A stretch of DNA of 63,149 nt, counting the filler, from Octopus bimaculoides (taxonomy: Eukaryota), in assembly GCF_001194135.2 (NCBI RefSeq). It is 4 parts of 4 records of this genome, joined end to end, with 100 filler letters (N's around TTAATTAATTAA, not from the genome) between each part and the next. Parts side by side here need not be neighbours in the genome. Positions count along the whole stretch, not along the records: positions 20,322 to 43,078 come from NC_068991.1; positions 43,179 to 51,269 come from NC_069009.1; positions 51,370 to 63,149 come from NC_068982.1; 1 more part is not named here. The stretch is one strand, 5' to 3'. The translations under genes were made by a program, and so were the position numbers. Each line of letters begins with the position of its first letter. Position 1 is the first letter of the stretch. Shown here piece by piece: positions 38,235 through 51,638 of the stretch. The notes below the pieces were generated by a model. That model was not told the DNA's origin and did no database searches. It was given only the letters and a program-made list of their open reading frames with translations.

Positions 38235-38518
38235 ACTTTTTCTTTTTCCGAGAGTTATAATAATACAGCTGTTTGTTTTAAAAACACCACCTGTCTTCGT
38301 CTTTTGTTTTTTTTTTGTTTTTTTTTTTGTTTTGTGAATTCTCCTTATATATATAGTGTACAATCAATTTACGTATTTATACACGAAATCGGCAGCAAAT
38401 AGTAATGAAAAATTAAAACTGTGAACATACAGACAGACGTATACATAGACATGTATGTATGGATGGATGGATGCATGCATGTTTATATATGCATGTACAT
38501 ACACATATGTATATATAC

Positions 38519-38551
<33 letters not shown>

Positions 38552-40357
38552 NNNNNNNNNNNNNNNNNNNNNNNNNNNNNNNNNNNNNNNNNNNNNNNNN
38601 NNNNNNNNNNNNNNNNNNNNNNNNNNNNNNNNNNNNNNNNNNNNNNNNNNNNNNNNNNNNNNNNNNNNNNNNNNNNNNNNNNNNNNNNNNNNNNNNNNNN
38701 NNNNNNNNNNNNNNNNNNNNNNNNNNNNNNNNNNNNNNNNNNNNNNNNNNNNNNNNNNNNNNNNNNNNNNNNNNNNNNNNNNNNNNNNNNNNNNNNNNNN
38801 NNNNNNNNNNNNNNNNNNNNNNNNNNNNNNNNNNNNNNNNNNNNNNNNNNNNNNNNNNNNNNNNNNNNNNNNNNNNNNNNNNNNNNNNNNNNNNNNNNNN
38901 NNNNNNNNNNNNNNNNNNNNNNNNNNNNNNNNNNNNNNNNNNNNNNATAGGGTGGTGGTCGTTTTCCACAGTCCTACACTATGCAGTTGTGTCTTTCCGA
39001 GCCCTCATTTGTCGAAGCGACCGCTTAGCCGGCGAGATGGCATTATTCTTCGATGCCACCGCTACGCATTTTGCCTGGCGTGCTAATGATTCTTCCTGCT
39101 CTTCCCCTTCGTATTTTTAAAAATATTGATCATTAAATAGATGAATAAACCATAAACCGACACACGGAAAATATAACACCACAAACTTCCACAACAAGAA
39201 ATAAAACAACAAAAATACAATCAGCCATTTTCATATTATCCTTTTATACACACACACACACACACACATAGAGTTTAATCAATCTGAGGCTCTTTCATCT
39301 TTATTTTCCACCAATAATCAATTAATATATCAAATATAGGTTTACCATTAGCCAATAAACCAATACACACACTAACACATACGCATATGCATCCACACAG
39401 ACCCACTCTAAAAACACCGGTCAAATCGTTCTCAGCTCACAGTCTATGGTTTTGACTCAAATTTGTTTTAGACATAGGAATAACGATCCTGAGCTATGAC
39501 CACATAGCGCACGAATAAAAAGGACGCTAGACAAAGCTAAAGCAAAAATGTGAGGCAGTAGATTGGCAGAAATGATAGAGAGTCGCAAATAACATTTTAC
39601 GTTATTTAGCCAGAGTTTCTTTGTTTCCGAATTCAAATCCAGTCTAGATCAAATTTGCATTTCTTTTTTCCTGGCTCGATGAATTACTTAATCATATCAA
39701 TCAATTTTTTTCCCACTGCTGAGTAAAGACAGCCCTCCTGCTCCTATTTCCCTATATAATTCCCTTTTTGAGTTTCTACTCTGTAATTTTTGTGAAACAT
39801 AATTGATAATTTGGAGAAAAAGTATTATTAATTAAATCAACTTCAGTATTTAACTGGTACTTTATTTTATTATCGTTTTGTCACCGAATTCCTCGAACGA
39901 TAAAACATGACACCAGTCAAATACAAGGCGTTGATATGATTAGCTATTCACCCTCACCTTATTTATGGCGTTATGTATGCATATGCCAGAAACAAATGTT
40001 CGATCATTATTTTATATAGCTTAATCAAAACGTTCGATCATTGTTTTATATAGCTTAATTAAGATTAGACTTTACTTAAATAGAAACGAAGCCTATATAT
40101 TGATATATTGATATATCGCCTATCGAATTAGACAGAAACGTGTCTTTTACGAGTCTTTACATGGTCACGAGGTATGCTAGAAATGGCGTCCAAATCTCTA
40201 CCGACTTAAATAAAAAAAAAAAAAGAGCCTTTGGACAATGTTGACACTGATATAGAAAAATTGATATCGAAGATCGAAAAAATGCTAACTCATTAAGATT
40301 AATTGAACATCAAATAGAGTGGGGAGCGATTAATATATTTAATAATACGGTGACAAC

Positions 40358-40396
40358 TCCAGGCATGTTTCGGTCTAATTAGACTTTCTCAGTGAA
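40358..40396 (-). ncRNA. Degenerate minimal hammerhead-like motif
   Basis: Reverse complement: ttca CTGAGAA agtc taatta gacc GAAA catg cc tgga. G8 and U16.1 are mutated. Confidence 0.45.
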
Positions 40397-41139
40397 TCAG
40401 TGTAACCGTAACTGCAGAATTTAGATACGAGAGAAGCATAGCAGAGTTTTGTGGATGAGCACAGAGTGGCGTTTAGAACTTAAAGAATAAGTGGGCGAAG
40501 CATGAGAAATATTCAGAGGCATCTGCAGCAAAAAAAAATTCAACAGTAAAGCGGGCGCTAACGTAATCGATGTTTATAAGCCAAGAAATTTTAGTCGGTT
40601 AAAAATAATATCTTTTGTGTTGAGACTGATTGTTATCAGAAGTAGTGCATGACCCGTTCTTTAAACAGACAGAATGAACAACATCTCGTTTCATCGAAAT
40701 ACAGTTACATATAAATGAAATAAAGAAAAGAAGAAAGGAACATGAAAGAAGAAAAGAAAGACAGAGAGAGAAAAAGAAAGGCAAGAGACAAAGTACACAT
40801 ACGCTGCAATAGAAAACAAACATTTAATAAAATTAAGTATTGACCGATATATTGACATATCTATTTAAACACAGGGCGTGACAGGATTTTACGCGGTCAG
40901 ATGGTGTAGCACTAGTAAAGTTAAGCAGATAACAATGGCATTTCCATGTAGCTAATGTTTATTCAGCAGCCATTATCTTTTAGACTAGTACACACCGTGC
41001 GTTTGCTCTTGAGGCGTTTGCCCACATTTAAAATATGGGAGGATTTTGCTGTACCTTGTATGTATCAGGTTGTTTCACATGAAATGTCGTATCTGAAAGG
41101 TAACAATAAAATGTCTCAGAAGTGTTAGAGAACTGATTT

Positions 41140-41475
41140 ATTTAATCAAAGTATGGTCCATGTTCATTTATGACGTTTACCCAACGTTTCAACGTTTTAT
41201 TCAACCAAAGCATTTAATCCATCATACCAAATAACTGATTTTGGCCTACCCCTTGGTTTATTTTCAAGGCTATCATCTCCTGAACGAGAGTTTTGGAACC
41301 ATCTCTGAACAGTTCTGATGTCAACAAAAACCATTACCAAAGGGCCACTTGATATTCCGTAGAGCTTCTGCGGCAGAGTGACCCAGTTTGTACTCATACG
41401 AGAAAATCACTCAACATAGTTTGGTTGTTATCATTTTCATAAGGTCTGTGGGTACGAATTTTGTATACCAATATC
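41140..41475 (-). mobile_element. mariner transposase N-terminal (HTH) remnant
   Basis: IFSYEYKLGHSAAEALRNIK..G then, after a frameshift, RTVQRWFQNSRSGDDSLENKPRGRPK. TIR-like AGGTTGTTTCACATGAAA(T/C)GTCG occurs at ~41067 and ~41768. Confidence 0.85.
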
Positions 41476-41520
41476 ATTGGGAAAGAAAAAGAGTCAAGAT
41501 CAAATGCAAGGTATACATAA

Positions 41521-41735
41521 ATTGATTTCAAATTTTGGCACAAGGTCACCAATTTCGAAGGAGGCGATGAGTCGATTACATCGATCCAAGTACTCAGCTG
41601 GTACTTATTTTTTCGACCCCGAAAGGATGAAAGGCAAAGTCGACCTCCGCGGATTTGAACTCAGAACGTAAAGACAGACGAAATGCTGCAAAACATTTTG
41701 CTCGACGTGCTAATGATTCTGTTTACTCACCGCCT
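41521..41735 (-). mobile_element. SINE family A (full length)
   Basis: ATTTCAAATTTTGGCACAAGG..CGACCCCGAAAGGATGAAAGGCAAAGTCGACC..GCTAATGATTCTG..CACCGCCT. Confidence 0.92.
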
Positions 41736-42104
41736 GCAACTTTTATATAATATTATATGATATTATTAGGTTGTTTCACATGAAACGTCGCATTTTTAAT
41801 TACTTGTTATTTCAGTCATTTAAAAACTCAATTATGTATACCTTGCATTTAATCTTGACTCTTTTCCCTTGTGTGTGTGTGTCCGCAAAAGACACCCATA
41901 GAATAAGTAATAAGCTTAAAAGATAAATCCTGGTGCTCCAGTATGGTTGCAGTCAAATGACTGAAACAAATAAAAAAAAAAAGTCAAATATTGTAATATA
42001 TGCTAATTAACATCTTTTGTGAAAAATGCTAATAGGTTACATTGTGAAATATTCTAATAATTAGACTTTGCAAAATATGCTACATAATCAGAAACTATCA
42101 TGCA

Positions 42105-42119
42105 CAGTGGTTCTCAACC
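42105..42119 (+). mobile_element. hAT/Charlie-type terminal sequence
   Basis: CAGTGGTTCTCAACC; no matching opposite end found. Confidence 0.5.
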
Positions 42120-42671
42120 GGGGCCCTCGGGGTTCCATATAGAATTTTGCTGTAAAAATTTACGCGCAATAAATTGCGTATACTTTTTACAATACAAAAT
42201 GTTTTAATTTGTTGAAACAATTCCAAATAACATTTAATTAAAAATCCTGTTATGATGGCCCTAATGGCAAAAGAAAAAGAAAAAAAAGATAGAACAGGAG
42301 TATGAGCCAATAAACTCGAACATATCTGATTGCTACATAGGCGCCAGCATTTGCACAGTGGTTAACAAGCTCGCCATATTCGTGTCTGTATATCTTTGTC
42401 ATATAAAGAGTACTAGTTATGTAATCGAATAGTTATGTATATATATGTATACATACATACATACAGAGTTGTGCATATATATTTACATGTATGTATGTAT
42501 GTATGTATGTATGTATGTATGCATATATAAATATATATATATATATATATACAGGATGTGCTAAAAGTCATGTACAAAATAAGTTCAATACGCTCTGGAA
42601 TTTTCAAAGTCAAGCAATTAAATAAAATAAATAAAATAATGATGAATACACATGTACTTATACATAATGAC

Positions 42672-42724
<53 letters not shown>

Positions 42725-42726
<2 letters not shown>

Positions 42727-42921
42727 GAGCAAAAATCTCGAGAAGTACGTGGAACAAATAGGAGCTGCAATAAGGGTGGAGCACTTGCAGAAAACAGCAC
42801 TGCTTGGAACCGCTCGAAAACTCCGGAAAGTGCTCGAAAAATAAGAGGTGTTACCTTAGTTCACTGAAAGTGAACAGCTGACACTGTAGTACATCTCGAG
42901 CGTTAGATGCTGTGCAAAGGC
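42725..42921 (+). mobile_element. R4/Dong extreme 3' end with (TAA)n on both sides
   Basis: LEKYVEQIGAAIRVEHLQKTALLGTARKLRKVLEK* plus a short UTR; TAA tracts at 42675-42724 and 42922-42978. Confidence 0.88.
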
Positions 42922-42978
<57 letters not shown>

Positions 42979-42979
<1 letters not shown>

Positions 42980-43078
42980 TTGATGTATCAATACCAGCAG
43001 ATGACAACGTTTCTCTAAAAGAAATGGAAAGACTTTCAAAATACAAAGACCTGGAAATAGAGATAACTCGAATGTGGA
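42979..43078 (+). mobile_element. R4/Dong RLE fragment starting directly after (AAT)n, cut by the linker
   Basis: IDVSIPADDNVSLKEMERLSKYKDLEIEITRMW. Confidence 0.88.
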
Positions 43079-43122
43079 NNNNNNNNNNNNNNNNNNNNNN
43101 NNNNNNNNNNNNNNNNNNNNNN

Positions 43123-43134
43123 TTAATTAATTAA
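43123..43134. other. Synthetic assembly linker TTAATTAATTAA
   Basis: 44 N on each side. Confidence 0.95.
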
Positions 43135-44394
43135 NNNNNNNNNNNNNNNNNNNNNNNNNNNNNNNNNNNNNNNNNNNNTATATATATATATATATATATA
43201 TGTATATGTATGTATAAGATTAGTGTACATTTATACACAGAAGAGATGAACCTAACACGACAACTTACATGCCTAAAAGAACAGTCAAAGTCCAAACCAC
43301 GCTTAAGAGTAATTTCGAAGGGCATGAAAAATAAAAGCAGTAACGAGACAAATGGTAATTAACCCTGTAAGATATTTTTCCAACTATAAATAGAAAATAT
43401 CTTATTTCACAATGCAAACTATGAACAAATTAATCCTTTGCTCGTGTTCAAAAAGATTCCAACGTTTTACTATTTTGAGTTACATTTATTCAATATAAGT
43501 TTAATTTGAGTTAACATGAGTCTAACACAATATCTGTGATTTAAAATGTTTGGATAATGAGTGAAATTAAGAAACAAATTAAAAAATAACTATAATAATA
43601 ATGTCAGAAATATTCTAATTTAATACACAGAAGTTTTTAAATCAATGTTTTATATTATTGATCTAATAATGTTTTTATAATTTGCAATTTAAAGCAACAA
43701 ATTTAATCAACAAAAAGTCCAGGTACTATTTAATGATCAATTTCAGAAATTTATTAACAGATTCTAACTTCAGCAACACTATTTTAAGATTTGTGTTTCA
43801 TCTTGTCTTCTACATTTCCAGGCTTAATTACAAGCTTGAACTTAAGAACTTTCCAGCATTCTGTTCCTGCATTTTTCATTCCGGTAATATACATAACTCA
43901 TACTAAGATTTCTTTCGTTTGTCCACTCAGTCGTACATTTCACTGTAAACCGAACGAATCCCGGCATTTCTCTGCTTGTATATATATGCGTGTGTGTGAG
44001 GTAAGAACGCGTCAAAAAAATGTGCATAGCAGATACAGACAATAAGTACACAAACCGGACTAAAAATGTCTTAACTTAAACGTTGAAGGAAAGAATAAGG
44101 AATCAATGCAAACAAGAGTTCGTTCTAAGCAAACTTCAAGTCGAGCTTATGAAAGCATTAAATAACAATGGATGAACCATTCTTTGCAAAGATATCACAT
44201 TTCTTATGAGATTGTTATACAGAATTGAGTAAACAATTTAGCAAAAAAAAAAAAAGAAAACATAGGAATAAAGATTCATACAGGATAGATATAAATCTGA
44301 ACATAACTTATATACCTATGTTTCTAATGATGTAATAACTTTCCAACAACTGGTCCCTCTTTTGTTTTAGGGTGTGTGTGTGGGAGAGAGAGAG

Positions 44395-44800
44395 AGAGTA
44401 TCCTGTCATTTCGAAATACAACAAACTTTAGTATGTGTGTCTGTTCATCTGACTTGCAACAGTTCAGGTGTGTTTCTGTCAGTGCCATGCATATTGATCG
44501 ATCACGCATAACTAAATATTTGAAATTATAACATTCTACAAGATTTCGAACAAGAAAATTTTAACGTTACCTGAAAAGAGATCTTTAGGTGGTGGTATCT
44601 TCTTGAGCTCTCAGAGGCTACAATTCCACTCCGCTCCGTAGAATGGGTTGCTATCATTTACTTAACATTTAGCAATACATCTCTCTTACACTGACTGCGA
44701 AGTCTGTCAGACAATAAAGCTACTCATTGTAAGTTTTCTTGGAATCTTATCTATTCCTTCACCGTATCAAGTATTTCACTTTATTTTTATATTCTCCTCA
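44395..44800 (-). mobile_element. APE-endonuclease LINE fragment (second copy at ~46105-46560)
   Basis: MRDRSICMALTETHLNCCKSDEQTHILKFVVFRNDR matches the APE N-terminal ALTETHL..RxDR motifs. Confidence 0.7.
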
Positions 44801-45144
44801 ACCAATGTTACTAAATATCCAATCTTCACTTGTTCATTTATAACATTTTTGAAATCTATCTATCTATCTGTCTGAGAGGAAAAGATTTGAACTGAAACTG
44901 GCAGACAGACAGACAGACAGATAGATAGATAGATAGATTCTCATATATGCTGCTATAAAAACATCTCTGGTTATTAAAGAAGGGTTTTGTAAGAGGAGAT
45001 TTTCAGTTTAAATTTTTCTGTTGTCGAAGATTCAACGTTTTGTTAATGGACCAGAGTCAATTTCTTAAGCTGAATACACGTCGTTGATTGGTTAAAATTA
45101 CCCAAATACAACTTTAACACGATATAACTTCTAAAATACAAAAT

Positions 45145-45458
45145 AAAGACCTTCCATCAAAATCTCATATTAATTTATGTTCTAAACACCAGCGCTTAAT
45201 AATGACAAATTTATTTTACCAAATTCTGCATAATTTTCAAAATTATCTGAAATAAAGGCAGTGTATTTTAAAAGAAATATGGTAACAAAAGGTTAAAAGT
45301 GATCTAAATTAAAACCTTGCATCAAAATTTCATTTTAATTTATGTTCCAAACATCAAATCAATAATGACAAGTTTTATTTTATTAAATTCTTTATTTTCA
45401 AAATTAATTGGAACAAAGGCAGTGTATTTTAAAAGAAATATGGTAACAAAAGGGTTAA
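45145..45458. repeat. Two tandem ~155-bp copies of a repeat ending AGGGTTAA (piggyBac-like terminus)
   Basis: CCTT(C/G)CATCAAAAT..AATTTATGTT..AATAATGACAA..AAAGGCAGTGTATTTTAAAAGAAATATGGTAACAAAAG(G)GTTAA occurs twice. The superfamily label rests only on the TTAA/CCCT end. Confidence 0.6.
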
Positions 45459-46080
45459 AGTGATNNNNNNNNNNNNNNNNNNNNNNNNNNNNNNNNNNNN
45501 NNNNNNNNNNNNNNNNNNNNNNNNNNNNNNNNNNNNNNNNNNNNNNNNNNNNNNNNNNNNNNNNTGTGTGTGTGTGTATGTGTGTGTGAAGTAAGAACAC
45601 GTCAAAAAAATGTGCATAGCAGATACAGACAATAAGTACACAAACCTGACCAAAAATGTCTTAACTTAAACATTGAAGGAAAGAATAAGGAATCAATGCA
45701 AACAAGAGTTCGTTCTAAGCAACCTTCAAGTCGAGCTTATGAAAGCATTAAATAACAATGGATGAGCCATTCTTTGCAAAGATATCACATTTCTTATGAG
45801 ATTGTTATACAGAATTNNNNNNNNNNATTTCTTATGAGATTGTTATACAGAATTGAGTAAACAATTTAGCAAAAAAGAAAAAAAAAGAAAACATAGGAAT
45901 AAAGGTTCGTACACGAGAAATATAAACCTGAACATGACTTATANNNNNNNNNNAGGAATAAAGGTTCGTACACGAGAAATATAAACCTGAACATGACTTA
46001 TATAACTATGTTACAAATGATGTAATACCCTTCAAAAAAGGGCCGTCTTTTGTTTTNNNNNNNNNNNNNNNNNNNNNNNN

Positions 46081-46117
<37 letters not shown>

Positions 46118-47089
46118 AAGTATCCTGTCATTTCGAAATACAACAAACTTTAGTATGTGTGTCTTCTCATTCGACATGCAACAGTTCAGGTGTGTTTCTG
46201 TCAGTGCCATGCAAATTGATCGATCACGCGTAACTAAATATATGAAATTATAACATTCTACAAGATTTCGAACAAGAAAATATTAACGTTACCTGAAAAG
46301 AGATCTTTAGCTGGTGGTATGTTCTAGAGCTCTCAGAGGCTACATTTTCACTCCCCTCCGTAGAATGGTGTGCTATCATTTACTTAACATTTAGCAATAC
46401 ATCTCTCTTACACTGACTGCNNNNNNNNNNTTACTTAACATTTAGCAATACATCTCTCTTACACTGACTGCGAAGTCTGTTTGACAATAAAGCTACTCAT
46501 TGTAAATTTGCCTGGAATTTTATCTACTCCTTCACCGTATCAAGTATTTCACTTTATTTTTATATTCTCCTCGACCAATGTTACTAAATATACAATCTAT
46601 ACTTGTTCATTTATAACATTTTTGAAATATATATATATATATANNNNNNNNNNTATATATATATATATAAACCTATCTATCTATCTGTCTGGCAGAAAGA
46701 CATTCGAAATAAGAAAGTCAGACCGAGAGACTGACCGATAGATAATTAGATAGATAGATAGACAGATAGATATCTGTTTATCTGTCTGTCTGTTTATTCA
46801 GACACCTATTTGTAATTTATTATTTACCACACCATAATGAAGTAGTTAAGAGATGCCTGAAAAATTATATGCTTACGCATAAATATATGCACATGTCTTC
46901 ATAAATACACACACACACATATTTGTGTGTTTGTGTGAGTGTGTTTGTGTGTNNNNNNNNNNNNNNNNNNNNNNNNNNNNNNNNNNNNNNNNNNNNNNNN
47001 NNNNNNNNNNNNNNNNNNNNNNNNNNNNNNNNNNNNNNNNNNNNNNNNNNNNNNNNNNNNNNNNNNNNNNNTTTTTGAAGAACTCTGTA

Positions 47090-47228
47090 TAGTCTTTGTT
47101 TCAGAAAATTAAAATGGCAGACCCACAGCCTACTCAAGAAATGAAGAGGCACGCTGATATTGTGGTTATGAAGGTTAAGCATAAGTGATTCAGAAATATC
47201 CCGATTTTTAAAAGTTGCCAGATCTTGC
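47090..47228 (+). mobile_element. Tc1/mariner transposase start
   Basis: MADPQPTQEMKRHADIVVMKVKH..SEISRFLKVARS resembles an HTH start of IS630-Tc1-mariner transposases. Confidence 0.55.
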
Positions 47229-50200
47229 TAATAATTTATTATGTTAATTCCTCACATTTCCCTGACTATTAACTACTTTATTTCAGTTATAGCATTTAAA
47301 TATAAATTTAGAACACATTTTAACCTTTCCCAACCCACTGATGATATTTCTACATTTCTCTAAGTAATTCTGAGTCTCCTACCATATTTCTTTTTCGATA
47401 ACCTCAGCTTTAACTCTCTTAATTTAGTCCTGTTTTTTCTAACTTTATCCCTTCCCCTTTTTTCCTCCTCCTTCTTCCCCCCTTTTCTCNNNNNNNNNNN
47501 NNNNNNNNNNNNNNNNNNNNNNNNNNNNNNNNNNNNNNNNNNNNNNNNNNNNNNNNNNNNNNNNNNNNNNNNNNNNNNNNNNNNNNNNNNNNNNNNNNNN
47601 NNNNNNNNNNNNNNNNNNNNNNNNNNNNNNNNNNNNNNNNNNNNNNNNNNNNNNNNNNNNNNNNNNNNNGTTTCGTTGTATTATTCTAAATATACTGAGG
47701 AATAGATACAATTCTCTAATTCCCTTACCTTAAATTTTCTCTAACCACTCGTTAGGGTATTGTCCTTCCATTTTCATTTTTTTTCTCTTGCTTGATTTAC
47801 CCCTAACCTGCTGTCCATTACTACTNNNNNNNNNNCTGTCCATTACTACTTAATCTACCTTCCTCTAAATTGAAATTACTACTATATAATCCAATTAGAT
47901 TATATAGAAATTAATTCTTTGGTATTTCAACTCTTGTTGTTTGCACACATCTACCAAATGACTTTCTAAANNNNNNNNNNNNNNNNNNNNNNNNNNNNNN
48001 NNNNNNNNTGCACATTTTATGTAGTGTTCTCACTACATGAATAAATGAAGTTTGTACGTAACGTACGTACCGCTGTAACCTATTGAATTTTTGTTGCTTG
48101 ACTTCAAATTTTATTCACCACATCTCTTGATTTTGATTTTTTTNNNNNNNNNNNNNNNNNNNNNNNNNNNNNNNNNNNNNNNNNNNNNNNNNNNNNNNNN
48201 NNNNNNNNNNNNNNNNNNNNNNNNNNNNNNNNNNNNNNNNNNNNNNNNNNNNNNNNNNNNNNNNNNNNNNNNNNNNNNNNNNNNNNNNNNNNNNNNNNNN
48301 NNNNNNNNNNNNNNNNNNNNNNNNNNNNNNNNNNNNNNNNNNNNNNNNNNNNNNNNNNNNNNNNNNNNNNNNNNNNNNNNNNNNNNNNNNNNNNNNNNNN
48401 NNNNNNNNNNNNNNNNNNNNNNNNNNNNNNNNNNNNNNNNNNNNNNNNNNNNNNNNNNNNNNNNNNNNNNNNNNNNNNNNNNNNNNNNNNNNNNNNNNNN
48501 NNNNNNGTGTGTCTGCGTGTGTGTGTTTGTGTTCATGTCAAATGCTAGCACGTGTATATGTATAGTGTTTCTATCAGTATTTTAATTGTTTATGTCATTG
48601 GAACTCAATTACCGAGAGTTCTTTGACATCTCATGGATATTTCGAGCCTCCTCAAATACGCCTAGTTTCAGCTGTGTGGGATATTGACGCAAACCTTCCT
48701 GTAATCTATCCTGTATCTTTCTTGTATCGAGAGTCTGTATGGTCTGTCTCGGGGGAATGTGAGTGTGTCTGTGATAGTGATAGCGTAGTTGTGTGAGTGT
48801 ATGCTTGAAAGCGGGTGAGAGGGGTCGGTGAGAGATACCCTAGGTAGTTTTCCCCGCTGTATGGGTTTCACGTGTCTCTGTTGTTGTTATTGTGAGTGAG
48901 GCTGCAGCTCTGTTCAAAGGACTCTGNNNNNNNNNNNNNNNNNNNNNNNNNNNNNNNNNNNNNNNNNNNNNNNNNNNNNNNNNNNNNNNNNNNNNNNNNN
49001 NNNNNNNNNNNNNNNNNNNNNNNNNNNNNNNNNNNNNNNNNNNNNNNNNNNNNNNNNNNNNNNNNNNNNNNNNNNNNNNNNNNNNNNNNNNNNNNNNNNN
49101 NNNNNNNNNNNNNNNNNNNNNNNNNNNNNNNNNNNNNNNNNNNNNNNNNNNNNNNNNNNNNNNNNNNNNNNNNNNNNNNNNNNNNNNNNNNNNNNNNNNN
49201 NNNNNNNNNNNNNNNNNNNNNNNNNNNNNNNNNNNNNNNNNNNNNNNNNNNNNNNNNNNNNNNNNNNNNNNNNNNNNNNNNNNNNNNNNNNNNNNNNNNN
49301 NNNNNNNNNNNNNNNNNNNNNNNNNNNNNNNNNNNNNNNNNNNNNNNNNNNNNNNNNNNNNNNNNNNNNNNNNNNNNNNNNNNNNNNNNNNNNNNNNNNN
49401 NNNNNNNNNNNNNNNNNNNNNNNNNNNNNNNNNNNNNNNNNNNNNNNNNNNNNNNNNNNNNNNNNNNNNNNNNNNNNNNNNNNNNNNNNNNNNNNNNNNN
49501 NNNNNNNNNNNNNNNNNNNNNNNNNNNNNNNNNNNNNNNNNNNNNNNNNNNNNNNNNNNNNNNNNNNNNNNNNNNNNNNNNNNNNNNNNNNNNNNNNNNN
49601 NNNNNNNNNNNNNNNNNNNNNNNNNNNNNNNNNNNNNNNNNNNNNNNNNNNNNNNNNNNNNNNNNNNNNNNNNNNNNNNNNNNNNNNNNNNNNNNNNNNN
49701 NNNNNNNNNNNNNNNNNNNNNNNNNNNNNNNNNNNNNNNNNNNNNNNNNNNNNNNNNNNNNNNNNNNNNNNNNNNNTTTTCTATTAACAAGTGAGAACAA
49801 ATATTCAATGAAAGAGCGACACCAACTGATGTAAAAATTCCTTTAAAAACAATTTCGTTCGGAGCGTTCAAATATACGACTGATATCGACAACAACAACA
49901 ACTATAATAATAATAAAGAATAGAAATTCGTGAATGATACACCGATGCACTACAATACAAACAATGGACTATATATCTGTTGTAATTTAGTCATNNNNNN
50001 NNNNNNNNNNNNNNNNNNNNNNNNNNNNNNNNNTCAGATATTCTTAGATGGAGTCGCTGCTATAATCGGTTTTCCAACGGCTACAGTATGCTGGGTTGTG
50101 ATAAGCTGCTCGAACCTAAGCCAGGCGTGGATCTTCTTCACTTTCCCAGCGCCCTAGGAGGTCAACGTTTGATTCAATTCAAACTCGCTTACAATATCAC

Positions 50201-50521
50201 CGTAATTGCNNNNNNNNNNATATCTTGAAACAATAAGCGACTGGAGAAGATATAGATGCCCACATACTAGTATGAAAATCCCAATAGCGGTGTTTATACA
50301 CCCACCCTCAACACTCAAAATGTCTATTATAATATATATTAACCCTCTACAGCAAGTAGTCGACACTTTACAGTTTGTAGTATTTATGTAATATCTTGTT
50401 CAACAATCTGTCTCTGTATGAATCTTGTTGATAATATTGATACCCAATTTTNNNNNNNNNNTTTTTATTACGTAACAGCTTCACAATCTTATCGTCGCTA
50501 TGTTTCGATCATCCTAAGTCT

Positions 50522-50745
50522 ATAGTAGAAAGCACTTGCAAAAGGTACCATGCAGTGGGTCTGAACCTGGAATCATGTGGTTGGTAAGCAAGCTACTTAC
50601 CACACAGGCACTAATCAAAGGCAGCATTCGTCCTGTTTTCCTAGACTGGCATGTTAGCTCGACGATAACGAGGCCCGGTCCGGCAATCGAACTCACAACC
50701 TCACGATCGTAAGCCCGATGCTCTAACCACTGAACCATGCACCTT
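50522..50745 (-). mobile_element. Two SINE heads: family B (50522-50605) and family C (~50650-50745)
   Basis: Reverse complements of GTGTGGTAAGTAGCTTGCTTACCAACCACATG..GGTTCAG and GTGGTTAGAGCATCGGGCTTACGATCGTGAGGTTGTGAGTTCGATT. Confidence 0.8.
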
Positions 50746-51313
50746 CATCCTCACCTCTATCTTGCTGGCTTTCTGTATAAATAGTGGAGATTTAATTTAG
50801 AAAAACAGGGAGGAAGACAGAGAGGTGTATATATATATATANNNNNNNNNNNNNNNNNNNNNNNNNNNNNNNNNNNNNNNNNNNNNNNNNNNNNNNNNNN
50901 NNNNNNNNNNNNNNNNNNNNNNNNNNNNNNNNNNNNNNNNNNNNNNNNNNNNNNNNNNNNNNNNNNNNNNNNNNNNNNNNNNNNNNNNNNNNNNNNNNNN
51001 NNNNNNNNNNNNNNNNNNNNNNNNNNNNNNNNNNNNNNNNNNNNNNNNNNNNNNNNNAGATCCAAGTTGATGGTTGCAAGGAAACTATTTCTCCTGAAAC
51101 TATTTCCACTTAAATTGCAGCATAACAGGGTTTCAACAAAATAACGGATTGTAGTCAGAAAGCAGATTTAATTATTTATTCAGAAACGATTACATTGAAG
51201 TTTACACTGAAAATAATATCAAAGATTACATTGAAAATTTAATAGACGTTTGCTGCACGAAAATATACANNNNNNNNNNNNNNNNNNNNNNNNNNNNNNN
51301 NNNNNNNNNNNNN

Positions 51314-51325
51314 TTAATTAATTAA
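51314..51325. other. Synthetic assembly linker TTAATTAATTAA
   Basis: 44 N on each side. Confidence 0.95.
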
Positions 51326-51595
51326 NNNNNNNNNNNNNNNNNNNNNNNNNNNNNNNNNNNNNNNNNNNNTTATCTTGTAACACATGTATAGAATTATATT
51401 ACAGTTTGACGTAGTATGGCAGAGGGCTATCTGGGATGGGATTTAAATTCCGCTTAAATAAATGCTGATTTATATTAATTTGAAAAGTCGGGCTCCAGAG
51501 GTTGTCTAAGTCGGGATAAATATAATTGTTCATGTGTTACTTTTGTTAACACTCGTTCTTCCAGTTTGATATTTACGTGTGTGTGTGTGATTGCA

Positions 51596-51638
<43 letters not shown>

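Larger units (their letters stand above)
43990..46760 (+). repeat. Direct duplication: ~43990-44900 and ~45580-46700
   Basis: The two copies align throughout, with roughly 5-10% differences by eye. Confidence 0.9.

Noticed and set aside
47250-47830. MVGDSELL as an SGNH-esterase (CR1 ORF1) motif
   Set aside because: A single short motif in purine-rich, gapped sequence; not enough to call
45787-47850. Short direct repeats on either side of 10-N gaps (e.g. 45787/45827, 45893/45954, 46381/46431, 47806/47836)
   Set aside because: Typical overlapping contig ends left unmerged; assembly artefacts
48600-50400. Possible Penelope GIY-YIG pieces on the minus strand (TTNCKV..GLIYII; HPLSSIHSHN..)
   Set aside because: Similarity is weak, no YIG motif is recoverable, the pieces are too far apart for one domain and gaps intervene
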